Part shown: one piece after another, positions 53,453 through 63,571 of the stretch | Layout: every line of letters starts with the position of its first letter | How positions within the stretch are numbered: the stretch's first letter is position 1 | Source of the DNA: an uncultured Gemmatimonadales bacterium | GTDB taxonomy: Bacteria; Gemmatimonadota; Gemmatimonadetes; Longimicrobiales; RSA9 | Reading direction: 5' to 3' | Assembly: GCA_963798085.1 (NCBI GenBank) | Contig: CAWCRS010000003.1 | Coordinates: 800,001 to 864,000 of the forward strand | Length of the DNA: 64,000 nucleotides | The notes under the pieces: model-generated | What the model saw: the letters and a program-made list of their open reading frames with translations, nothing else | Databases searched by the model: none | Told to the model about the DNA's origin: nothing | Translations under genes and position numbers: made by a program

Positions 53453-53779
53453 ATGGCACAACGCAGATTGACGCGTGACCACACCAAGCCGATCGACGCC
53501 GCTGAACTCAGGATCGATCGCTCGGCACACCCCGACTGGCCCACCGGCGGCGAGCAGCCGCCCGCCAGGGGACAGCACGTCTATTGCCTCGGCGGCATGG
53601 CCGAAGTGATGCGCATCCTGGGCAAGACGGGCAACGGCAGCCGCCTCCTCGAGCTGCGCCTTCTCGATCAGGCCGCCCCTCCATTCCTCACCGCTGCCTC
53701 CAACGTGCTCGTTGCACCCGTCGCGACCCCCGAGCTGGCAAACATGGCGTTGCCCGTCGGCAAGGACTGGCTGAGCTGA
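53453..53779 (+). CDS. Hypothetical protein
   Basis: 108-aa ORF with GGGGTG RBS, high-GC3 codon usage, RILGKTGNGSRLLELR core. Confidence 0.65.
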   Translation: MAQRRLTRDHTKPIDAAELRIDRSAHPDWPTGGEQPPARGQHVYCLGGMAEVMRILGKTGNGSRLLELRLLDQAAPPFLTAASNVLVAPVATPELANMALPVGKDWLS

Positions 53780-53854
53780 CCACACGGACCGAATCCACGG
53801 TTGCACCTGCACGCCCGGTGTGCCGGCACGTGGCCATCCGCTGAACTGCAGAAT

Positions 53855-55091
53855 TCACTTGCGCCGGAAAGCCACCTCCGGATAATCGGACGATGGCCCC
53901 TGCAGCAGCCGGCTGTTGCGCCCTTTCAGGTATTGATCGAAGAACGCCAGCGTGTAGGCGTTGATGATGTCGTGGGCGCGACGCGCGGGCAGCCTGTCGG
54001 GACTGCGCTGTACGAACAGCGGCAGGTCGGAGAAGCTGCCGTGATCCGTCCGCGCGATCCTGAGTTCGTACCAGTCTCCCGCTGCCAGTGCCTCAGCCGT
54101 GCTGTCGTAGCCCATGATGATCGCGAACATGTCGCGCGTCGTGATGCCGCCCTTGTTGCCACCGGGCGGATCCACATCGGGGATGCCGTGCCGGAACATC
54201 ATGAACGGCCGCGACGTGGGCTGGGTCCAGACGCCGCCATAGAGTCCGCCATCGTGATTGACGGCGGCCTTCACGCGCGGGTCGATGCGGCTCATCTCAA
54301 TGGCGGCTGCCCCGCCGAATGACCAGCCCAGCATGCCAATGCGCTCCAGGTCGAGACGGCCGCGGAACGGACCCGGCGTGTCCGCGATCTGCTCAATGCG
54401 GTCGAGCACGAAACGCGAGTCGTCCAGCCACACCGCGAATACACTCCGGCTCATGTACTCCTGCATCGCAAGGAAACCGGCGCGCGGGTCGCGGCTCGCG
54501 CCAGGTTCTGGCGGCGAGCCCGGCATGGTATCCGCGCGGAACACTGTGCCATCCGGAAACTGCTTCGTCCTGTCCACGCCCGGATGGTCGATGCTGAACA
54601 CGACATAGCCGTGACTTGCCAGGAACTCCGTCACATACGTGCCGGTGAAGCGGCTCCATCCCGCACCATGATTGTAGATGAGCACGGGGAACGTGCCGCC
54701 GCCGCGCGCCAGCGGTGCATTCGTGTACGCGTTGGTTCGCACATGCTCCACCGCACGGTACACCGAGGAATCTCCGAATTCGGTGGGTGTGCGGATGTAG
54801 AGCGATGTCTCGCCCCCGGCCGCCGGCTCCGCCGGATACCACACCTGCACCAGCAGAATGCCGCTTGTCGGACGGATCCTTCGTGTACGGCTCGCCTCGG
54901 CTTTCGTCGATCCAGAGCGAGTCGTACGTGCCCACCGCATAGGGACCACCCGGCGAGGCAAACACGCGCACCGGCAGGTCAGAAATGAATCTCTGCGCCG
55001 CGAGCGGCAGTGCGGCAGCGAAGAGCATCGCGGCCGGCGCAGCGCAGGTGAGCAGCGTGGCTGCGACCTGGCGTGAACGGGTCCGTGTCAT
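53855..55091 (-). pseudogene. Secreted alpha/beta hydrolase (PAF-acetylhydrolase/carboxylesterase-like), one frameshift near 54860
   Basis: P.GPYAVGT, VQVWYPA, FPVLIYNHG, LASHGYVV.SIDH, GWSFGG nucleophile elbow, H.SFSD. Confidence 0.85.
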
Positions 55092-55364
55092 GGCGGAATC
55101 CAGTGGGCCACCGATGGTGTTTCGCTGTCCGGGGGCGTCGCGACAGCCCGCGCGGAAGCATTTCGCACGCGTGATGCCGTTGCGTGCAAGCTGTCGCCGG
55201 AGGCAGAACCCGGCAAGGCGCGCAGCTCGCCTGCCATCGCGCACCCATTGGGCGAATGCTTCGCCTTCTGGCTGGCCGGTTGCCGGCAATGTCTTAGAAT
55301 TGCGCAGGCGAGGCGGCTGCACCGACTCAGCGCCGCATCAGGCATTGATGCGCAACGGAACACG

Positions 55365-55961
55365 ATGATCGAACTTCATCCGGTGTCACTCGAGCGGCGA
55401 GGCGTGCGGCTGGAACCGCTGACACTCGATCACCAGGACGGACTCGCCGCCGCCGCGCGTGACGGGAAACTCTGGCAGCTCTGGTTCACGTCCGTGCCCG
55501 AGCCGGAGCAGACTCGCGCCTACATCGCGGACGCGCTCCGCGGCCAGCAGGATGGCCATATGCTGCCCTGGGCCGTGCGCGAGCTCGGAAGTGGCGACAT
55601 CGTCGGCACGACGCGCTATCACGACATCGTCGCCGGCATTGATCGCGTCGAGATCGGCTACACCTGGTACGCGCAGCGCTGGCAGCGCAGCCATGTGAAC
55701 ACGGTGTGCAAGCTGCTGCTCCTCGAGCACGCATTCGAGCGGGTGGGCTGCCGCATGGTAGGCTTCCGGACTGACAATTTCAACTTTGCATCACAGCGCG
55801 CCATTGCCGCACTGGGCGCGCGTCAGGACGGTGTGCTGCGCCACCACCAGGCCCGCCGCAATGGCACGGTCCGCGACACCGTCGCATTCAGCATCCTGGC
55901 CAGCGAATGGCGCGACGTGAAGCGCCATCTCCAGCTGCGCCTGGACCGCCATGCATCCTGA
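55365..55961 (+). CDS. GNAT N-acetyltransferase (RimJ/RimL-like)
   Basis: VRLEPL, VGTTRY, EIGYTW, K.LLL.HAFE, N..SQRAI..LGA..DGVLR.H, RDTV.FSI...EW. Confidence 0.92.
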   Translation: MIELHPVSLERRGVRLEPLTLDHQDGLAAAARDGKLWQLWFTSVPEPEQTRAYIADALRGQQDGHMLPWAVRELGSGDIVGTTRYHDIVAGIDRVEIGYTWYAQRWQRSHVNTVCKLLLLEHAFERVGCRMVGFRTDNFNFASQRAIAALGARQDGVLRHHQARRNGTVRDTVAFSILASEWRDVKRHLQLRLDRHAS

Positions 55962-56019
55962 AGTCAGCCGCCGCACCCGCTGCCTCGTTCTGACAGGCTG
56001 TTAGACCGCTGGGCGCGCG

Positions 56020-58191
56020 CTACTTCGCCAGCGGATCGGGCCGGATCTGGAAGTGCAGCACCTTGCTTGTCGTGCCCTTGCCCGTCTCCATGTGGAACGG
56101 CGCGCGCGTGCTCACGGTCGCCAACAGGCCGCTTGCCCTTCCAGCCCGCCTTCGGATCGTCGATGCGCCCGTCCATCCATTTCGCGAAGAAGCCCGATCG
56201 GATACGGCACGCGCAGGACCACCCACTTCCCGTCCTTCAGCGCCAGCAGCACCTTCCGATCCGTTGCCCGTGTCGATCGGCGTGTTCGCACCGAGCCCGA
56301 ATGTGTCGAACTGATCGACCCACGTGTAGTAGCTCGCCTCCGCGCTGCCCCGGATCGGTCACGCCCTTGAACTGCGGCAGCGGGTCCGGATAGAGCGTCC
56401 AGCCTTCCGGGCAGTGCTGACCCGTCGCGGTCGGACCGTTCAGCGGGCCCTTGCACTTGCGCCGGTCGAAGCTGGCGATGTGTCCGCTCGCCAGCGGCGT
56501 CCACACCACGCCGTTGCGATCGATGTCCATGCCGCGCGGCGAGAAGCCCTGCACCGGCGCTGCCGTCCGGATTGACGGCAGCTCGTACACCTCGGCCAGC
56601 GCCGTCTCGGACGGGTTCGCGCCCGGCACGAGTGCGCACCACTGCGCCCGGAAAGCCCAGCACGGAGCCCCACACCGATCCGTCCGCCGCCGGCGCCACG
56701 CCGTAGAAGCCCGCGTTGATGCGCTTGTCCTTCGTCGGATCCACCGGCTGGTTCGGCTCCACGTACGCGTCGCGCTTGCCATTGCCGTTCGTGTCGAGGA
56801 TCAGCGCCGTCCAGCCCTGCGACTTCTGCTTCATCGCCGGTCGCGTCGAACATCTTCGTATCGAGCCAGCCGACGACGCGGGCCTCCGCCGCTCGTCCAC
56901 AGCGTGCGGTTCGCGTCCTCCGCGAACATCAGGTGGTGCGTGCTGAAGCACGTGCTGATGTGCGTGAGCTTCTTCGTCTTCGGATCGTACATCGCCAGCT
57001 GCCGCCCCGACCGCGCAGCGGGAACACCTTCGCCGACGGATGCGTCGAGCCCGCCTTGCAGAACGCGGGATTGTCCGGCGGCCGCACGGTCGAGGTGATC
57101 CACACGCGGCCCTTTTCATCGAACATCGGGTTGTGCACGTTGTTCCTGCTGGTCCACAGGACCTCGGCGCCCCAGTACGGCGATGGCTGCAGCTCGGTCG
57201 GCCCCTGCGCCGGCTCGGTTGCGGATCGCGCACCGTCAGTGGCACGCGCGTGATCGTGTTGCGCACCGGATCCAGCACCGGCAGATAGTCCGTGCTCAGC
57301 TCCAGCGAGCCGTAGATCAGCCCGTTCGCGTTCACCGTCGGATTGCGCCGGTCCGTCGACACCTCGTCGTGCAGATACGCCTTCGGGTCGGCCCAGTCCC
57401 ATTCGGTAATCACGACGTTGCGCTCGATGCCCTGCGGCCGCGGCGGCGCCGGTGGCACTTCGCCCGCCGCGATGCGGTCGGTCCAGTCGGCGAACATCTC
57501 GACCGCGCGGCTGAGGCCGAACTGGTTGAGCGTGCCCAGCATCTGGCTGCCCGCCTGCCCGGACTGCACCCGCCGCTGCCACGCGTCCGTCGACTTGTCG
57601 AAGTGTCCGAGCGCCGCCGGAATCTCGCGCGTGGCCTTGCTGCCGAGCTGGTGGCAGGCCCAGCAGCTGCCGGACTTGAGTGTGCGCAGCCACTGCGCCT
57701 GGTCTGTGCATGTTCGGCGCGATGCCGTTGCCCTCCGGGCCCGTGCCCGGGAACTCGCTCTTCGCCGGCGGCCGCAGCAGCGAGAACCAGTAGCCGGCCG
57801 GATAGTACTGCGCCGCCGCGCGTGCATCCGGCGCCTTCACCGCCTTGAGGTCCAGATGCTTTCCGGGCGACGTGGTGGTGTGCGGCGAATCGACGAGACC
57901 GTAGCCCCGCACCCACACCTCGTAACTCGCTGCGGGAAGATCCGGCAGCAGATACCGACCGCGATCATCAGTCACGACAATGCGGACGAAACGCGTGGGG
58001 AGCGCCGTCGTTTCCGCGATCACCCACACGCCCGCTTCGGGCCCGTTCGGCCCCGTGACGACACCCGCAATGTCGTTGCTGTCAATGGGAATCGTCTGCG
58101 CAGAGAGAGGACTGCGCATCGCGACCCACTGCGTGGCGAGCAGCACGCCGATTCCCACGACAACGCCGCCGCCAAACCGTTTCGTCAGCAT
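56020..58191 (-). pseudogene. Secreted carboxypeptidase-regulatory-like domain + c-type heme + beta-propeller protein, many frameshifts as assembled
   Basis: GPEAGVWVIAET, TDD.GRY..PDLP, YEVWVRGYGLVDS, CWACHQLG, ERNVVIT.WDW, YLHDE, TCFSTHHL.F, C-terminal FQIRPDPLA. Confidence 0.8.
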
Positions 58192-58257
58192 GTCGCCCTC
58201 CGTTGCTCCACGGCCGCTAAACCGTTTCGTCAGCATGTCGCCTTCCTTTGCTCCACG
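58174..58257. repeat. 45-bp-period duplication of the RBS and first codons of the heme-propeller gene
   Basis: AAACCGTTTCGTCAGCATGTCGCC.TCC.TTGCTCCACG at 58174 and 58219; translates as EGDMLTKRF twice. Confidence 0.88.
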
Positions 58258-58402
58258 CCACACCCTGCCTCACCCGCCACGCACTGCGGCCCCGGACTCC
58301 GCATTGAACGACGCCATCCCGGCCGGCGCTGCTCCGTTGCTTCGATCCCGAGCATGCAACCCGGCAACGGTGCCAGGAACGCAACCACTCCGTTGAAACC
58401 AG

Positions 58403-58462
58403 GCCCCAGCCCCAGCCCGCAGTTTCAATTCATCCGTTCCCCAGCAACCAGCCCCAGCAACC
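58403..58462. repeat. Further copy of the CAGCCCCAGCAAC repeat family
   Basis: GCCCCAGCCCCAGCCCGC...GTTCCCCAGCAACCAGCCCCAGCAAC just past the dienelactone hydrolase stop. Confidence 0.7.
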
Positions 58463-58484
58463 CGCCCGGGAAACGGGGCGCCGT

Positions 58485-59485
58485 TCAGGCGCCCAGATAC
58501 TTCTTGAACCACGCGACCGTCATCGGCCACGCCTGCTTCGTCGCCTCGAGGTTCGCAGGCTGGTCCTGCGCACGCAGGAAACCGTGGCCCGCACCTTCGA
58601 ACGAATGCGGCTCGTACGTCTTGTGGATGGCCTTCATCACGGAATCGGTGCGTGCGATCGTCGCGCCCACGCGTGCGTCGCTGCCACCGTACAATCCCAG
58701 CACCGGCGCCTTCATGGTCTTGAAGCCCTCGCGCATGACCGCCGCCTGGTCCACCACCTTGCCGTCAGGCGAGGTGACGCCCGCCTGCGATCGCGTGTAC
58801 TCGCCTGCGCCATACATTTCTCCATCACCGGCCGCAGCGCCATGGCATCGGGCGCTGTTCCGTAGTAGACCACGCTCGCGCTCACGTCCGGCGCGAATAC
58901 CGCGTGCGAGAAGGAGGCGCTGCCGCCCCAGCAGAAGCCGACGATGCCGTACTTCGGCAATGCCGCGGGCAGGCTCATGCCATACTTCGCCACGTCGATC
59001 AGGTACTGGTTGAAGATCTCGGGCGTGATCGCGCGGATCGCCAGAGTCGCCGCCTGCCCGTCCACCTCGCCGTCGGCGGTCCAGGGCACGTTCTTCATGG
59101 TCAGCAGGTCCGGCGCAATCGCAATGTAGCCTTCCGCTGCCATTTGGTCCGCCACCGCACGGATCCAGTTGGACATGCCGAAGATCTCGTGCACCACCAG
59201 CACCACGGGCGCTTTCGTCGACCGCTCGGGATAGACCACCCACGCGCGGATGCTGTCCTGGCCGCTGCGGATCACCGCCCACTCGCCATGCCTCGGCGAC
59301 TTCGCCAGCCGCTCCTTCGCGTCCGCGGCGCCCGCGGGCAGTCCCTTCGCCTGGTCGCCGGCAGGCGTCCTCATTTCAGGCGACGATGCTCTTCCGGGTT
59401 CCGGTCCCGTGGCCCGCCCGATGGCGAACGCAGCCGTCGAGAGTCCCAGCAGCACACCGCCCACCAGCAGTCCCTTCATGCGCAT
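58485..59485 (-). pseudogene. Secreted dienelactone hydrolase family protein, one frameshift near 58800-58850
   Basis: SPRHGEW, VHEIFG, AVADQ.A.EGYIAIAPDL, GFCWGG, YYG, APVLGLYGG.DARV, GAGHGFLR. Confidence 0.88.
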
Positions 59486-59923
59486 GGCTACCATCCCGGT
59501 TGGAGTTGCTTGCGATCCGTATGAACACAGCGCGGTCGCCGCGCTGGAAAGCCAGCCGCGTCGCCGGCGACTCGAAGTCCCATCGTCGCCTGACATCCGT
59601 GAGCCGTGCTGCGACGCCACTGCCATTGGACGCGCCGTCCGGAAGCCGGATTCGGTCGGCCTCGCGTGGCCGGGCCCGACCCGCTCATCCTGGCGCACCG
59701 ACGCGCCGGTTCGACGGGCCCGTGCAGTACGGCCAGCCAGCACCGCATGCCCTACCCGCGGCGTGCCCGATCGAGTCGTCCCGCGAGCCGACTGCATCGT
59801 ACGACCGCCATCGCATTCGCCGCTCGAAGAATTCGCCGGGGAAGAGAGGCACCCTCTCCCGGCGGCCAGCGGCCGCAAGTCGAGCGCGAAGGGCGTGGCC
59901 GCGCCACGCGTCCGCACGACGTT

Positions 59924-60542
59924 TCAGCCCAGCAGTGGCAGCTGTGACCTCGCCAGCGCCGGCACTTCGTGGCAGCGCCGGCACCTCGCCTCGTACGACT
60001 CGCAGTCCGCCGACCTGGATCGTCGGCCCCTCAGCGGCGCCGGGCTGGCCATCGATCAGGCGCTGGTTGCGCGTGGCCAGCTGCCCCGCAGCGCACGCAG
60101 ATCGCGTGCAGCTTGTCCACCTGCTCGGCGATCGGCCAGCAGCGCGGGTATCGGGCCGAACGGCTCGCCCCGGAAGTCCATGTCGGTGCCGGCCACGATC
60201 ACGCGAACGCCGCGGTCGGCGAGGTCGTTGGCGACATCGACGATGCCCATCGTCCAGGAACTGCGCCTCGTCGATCGCGACCACGTGCCGTGCCGCGGGC
60301 GCACCCGCTCGCGATCTGCTCCGACGAGCTACGGGACCGGCTCCGACAGCTGGCGCGCGCCATCGTGCGTGGTGACGCGAGCAGACGCCCGCGTAGCGGT
60401 CGTCGAGGTGCGACTTGAAGACCTGCACCTGCCTGCGGGCGATCACCGCGCGCCGGACGCGGCGCAGCAGCTCCTCCGACTTGCCGCTGAACATCACGCC
60501 GCTGATGACCTCGATCCAGCCGCCGGCTCCAGCGTAGTCCAT
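59924..60542 (-). pseudogene. tdk: Thymidine kinase, frameshifted as assembled
   Basis: [52 protein letters not shown]. Confidence 0.93.
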
Positions 60543-60664
60543 AGCGGGTCCGAAGCTATGCCCGCCGCGGCGTCCTTGTCCATGCCGTGCGCCGCGTCGC
60601 AACAGGGGTTTGCACTGAGCCGCGCGTAGTCCTCTTCCTCACGAAATCGCGCTCATTTCCCGGC

Positions 60665-60693
60665 TTGACTTCCCCTGGCGCCGCGGGCAATGT
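60665..60693 (+). promoter_or_regulatory. Candidate sigma-70 promoter, followed by a 9-bp perfect hairpin (60779-60806) in the putative leader
   Basis: TTGACT-17 nt-CAATGT; AGGTCGTGG-N10-CCACGACCT. Confidence 0.3.
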
Positions 60694-60845
60694 TGTGTGC
60701 CGAAGGGCTGTTCTCACGAGAAAAACACGAGTTCGTTCTCGCCGACCTCCCTCCCCAGGGTCCAAACGAGAGCTGGTCAGGTCGTGGCCCCGTATCACCA
60801 CGACCTCAGCGGCACGAGTCGCTCCAATCCTGAGAGGGCAGGCAA

Positions 60846-61782
60846 ATGATCGAATGAAGCGAGTCGCGCGGGCACCGGTCCGAGTCTCCGGGATGCCGAA
60901 GCGTTGCTGCGCAGTCTGGTAGGCGTGGCCGGCGCGTTCATCGTAACCGATGCCGAAGGTGTGCTCCGCCGTATTCTCGTGCAGCCCGAGTCCGGCGCCA
61001 GCGAGCGTCGGATCGCACGCAATGTTCTGTCCGCACTCAAGGCGAGATACGGCGTCGATCTCGACGCGTCCGCCATCAGCATAAACGCGGCACCTGCCGA
61101 TAATTCAGGTGACCCGATCACTCTCGCCCGCATGCCGGGCCGGACAACGCCCGCGATCCGCGGTATGGTCCGCTCGGCCGAGTCGCCGAGAGTGATCGCA
61201 GTACGACCTCCCAGAACGGATGATGACGTGCCGACCCTCGTGCGCCAGGAAAACGCTCCGACGATTTCGCCATTGGCGCACGCGCGGCCGGCCCTCGTAC
61301 GCAGGGTAGCGGCGGCGTTGCCGTCGCGCGCCAGCAATGCGGTCCCCTTGGAGCGCATTGACGTGGATGCGGCGTCGGTGCCTGTCGTCCTCGACCAGGG
61401 CAGCGCCATGCGTCCACGTCTCGAACAGGCCGAGCTGCGTCGTGTCGCCGGCACACTTCGTTGCCGCGTCGTGATCGCAACGGGTAACGAGCGCTACGCG
61501 GGTGTGGCCGACGCACTCAATGGTCAGACAACGGAAACCGACCTGGCGGGTCGCGTGACGGTAGACGCGCTGCGTTCCGCGCGCACACCGCGTGATCCCA
61601 TCCAGTTCGAGGGCGCCGCCCTCGTGGATGTCGCCGGTCGTCCGCACGTGGTCATCAGTCTGGCTGTGTGGAGTGGACATGATTTCGAGGCGATCGCCAG
61701 CGCCGAACCCATGCGCGGCTCGCCCGTGGAAGCGACAGCCCGTGCCGTGATCGCCGCCATCAGTTCGCGGTGGCTCGGCTAG
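60846..61782 (+). CDS. Two-domain hypothetical protein (start ATG 60846 needs a 1-nt correction; intact ORF from 60904)
   Basis: AE.LL.SL.GV....IV......RI.V.........RNV.SAL.A.YG...D...ISI N domain, Pro/Arg linker, C domain ending EATARAVIAAI; GAGAGGG RBS before 60846. Confidence 0.75.
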
Positions 61783-61960
61783 GCAGTACGAGCATTGAAA
61801 GCGGTGGCATCAGCCGCCGCCTGGCATACACAACGGAGAAACAAAGGACAACGGAAAGGAGCCCCCGACCCACTGACAGCGAAGCCCCAGCACTAGCGAA
61901 GAAGCGGAGAGTCGCGACCCCCAAAAAAGGTCGACGTCACTCCGAAGGAGGTGAGGCTGG

Positions 61961-62033
61961 GTGCAAACAGTTCTGGACGTTCTGGGCGCAATTCTTAGCG
62001 CCCTCTCGGGTGGGTTTATTCAGCGTGAACTAA
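61961..62033 (+). CDS. Putative 23-aa hydrophobic peptide MQTVLDVLGAILSALSGGLFSVN (requires removal of one T at 62015-62017)
   Basis: Perfect SD AAGGAGGTGA at 61945-61954, GTG 61961, TAA 62031-62033 one base out of frame; the next gene has its own ATG at 62061. Confidence 0.6.
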
Positions 62034-62060
62034 GTGCGGTTGGGGGCTCCTCGACACAAC

Positions 62061-63408
62061 ATGACGCGGAAGTCCGCATTACGTTTTTATCGAACGTTGC
62101 CGTGGCTTGGCTGCTGACTGGCTTTGGGCGTTGCCATTCCCGAACCGCTGTTGCACCTCCAAGCTCAACACGTTGCTGGCTTATTTGCGTTTTCGGTGTG
62201 GCCATTCTCGCTGAGGGACTTGCAATAGACTTTGGCGTGGGAAAGCAGGCTCGGTCCTCGATGGCATTTCTGCCATTGCTGGCGTCGCACTGTTCTTCCC
62301 ACCGGCGTTTCAATGGTGGTCGGCTGCAAGTAGTCTGTATGCCATATCGAATTTGGTCTTTAGGCGGCAATGGAATTTCGAAGGTCATTTCAATATCTCC
62401 CAGGCTGCTCTCTCGGTTGGCCTTGCAGGTGCGTTATATATCACGTTCATGTCTCTCGATCAAGCAAAGTCTGCCACTTGCGTGCGCTCTCAGTAGCCTA
62501 TTGGGCGTTTGCCGGCTTGGCCATCAGTGTTTTTCACAGTCAACATCTGTTTTCCAGTTGTGCTATTGCGGTGATTCGAGAACAGACCGGTGATCGAGTA
62601 CGCTCGCAGGTAATCGGGCCTCAGTGGTGGCAATCTGTGGTACGACCTATTGGCAAGTCCAATTGCGATAGTCCCAGCAGTTCTCTACTTCCAGCACTAT
62701 GATCGGAGGGATTGCTCATTATCCTCCTGCCATGCTGCTGATTCGATATTCCTACCAATCGAAACTGCAGCTCGAAGAGGCGAACCGTGATCTGCTGAAG
62801 GTGCTTGTCAAAGCCATCGAGACCCGTGATCCATATACCTCCGGACATTCGGTGCGCGTCGCCACTATTTCACGCGCGATCGCTGAAAGACATCGGGTTG
62901 CCGCGCCGTCAATTGGACGAAATAGAACTGCCGCGCTCCTACATGACATTGGTAAGATCGATTCCGTCTACGAGCTAGTAATTCGAAAGCCACATGATCT
63001 CACGGACGTAGAGCGAACACTGATCAGACGCACGCAACCAAGGGGGCTGATCTACTGCAGTCGCTGAGCTCCGTCAGCAAGGAGGTCATCTTAGCGGTAC
63101 GCCACCATCATGAACGTTACGACGGCACGGGCTATCCGTCGGGGTTGAACGGCGAGGAGATTCCGATCGCAGCTCGCATCATAATGATGTCTGACTCAGT
63201 CGATGCGATGTTATCAGACCGGCCATATAGGCGAGCCCTGCCGTTGACGAAAGTTAGATCTGAACTCATCCGTTGCTCTGGCTCACAATTCGATCCAACG
63301 ATCATACAGACCGTGTTGCAGCATAACACGCTTGAGCGAGCAGCAGCGCTCGTGGGCCGCCCACAGTCTGCCGACCTCCAGCTCGTCACCGTGACTGGAT
63401 CGGCATAG
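62061..63408 (+). pseudogene. HD-GYP phosphodiesterase with N-terminal multi-TM sensor domain, several frameshifts as assembled
   Basis: Hydrophobic N-terminal fragments, then LVKAIETRDPYTSGHS.RVA, AALLHDIGKI, VRHHHERYDGTGYP.GL.GEEIP..ARII...D..DAM.SDRPYR. Confidence 0.9.
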
Positions 63409-63571
63409 GCGTTTCGACTCCTGCCCTTGCTGACGGCAGTTCAAAGCAATCTTGAAAGCGGAGTCGCTTGCATCTTGCTACGTCCCACCTAGCCATTGCA
63501 AGCGCGTGCAATCAGGGCAATATTGCCTTTGACTTGTTGTATCTCCGGCCACGACCGACCGGGTTAGCGCC

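Noticed and set aside
59490..59920. Small gene or ncRNA between the dienelactone hydrolase and tdk
   Set aside because: No convincing RBS-ORF pair or recognisable RNA motif; local sequence quality is poor
51460..60542. Programmed ribosomal frameshifting or phase variation in the split genes
   Set aside because: Indels are numerous, affect unrelated genes including tdk, and are not tied to evident slippery sites or long homopolymers
61961..62593. 210-aa ORF as a single real protein
   Set aside because: Looks like a mosaic of the peptide, spacer and alternating in- and out-of-frame pieces of the HD-GYP sensor region; a separate ATG at 62061 fits better, though this is not proven
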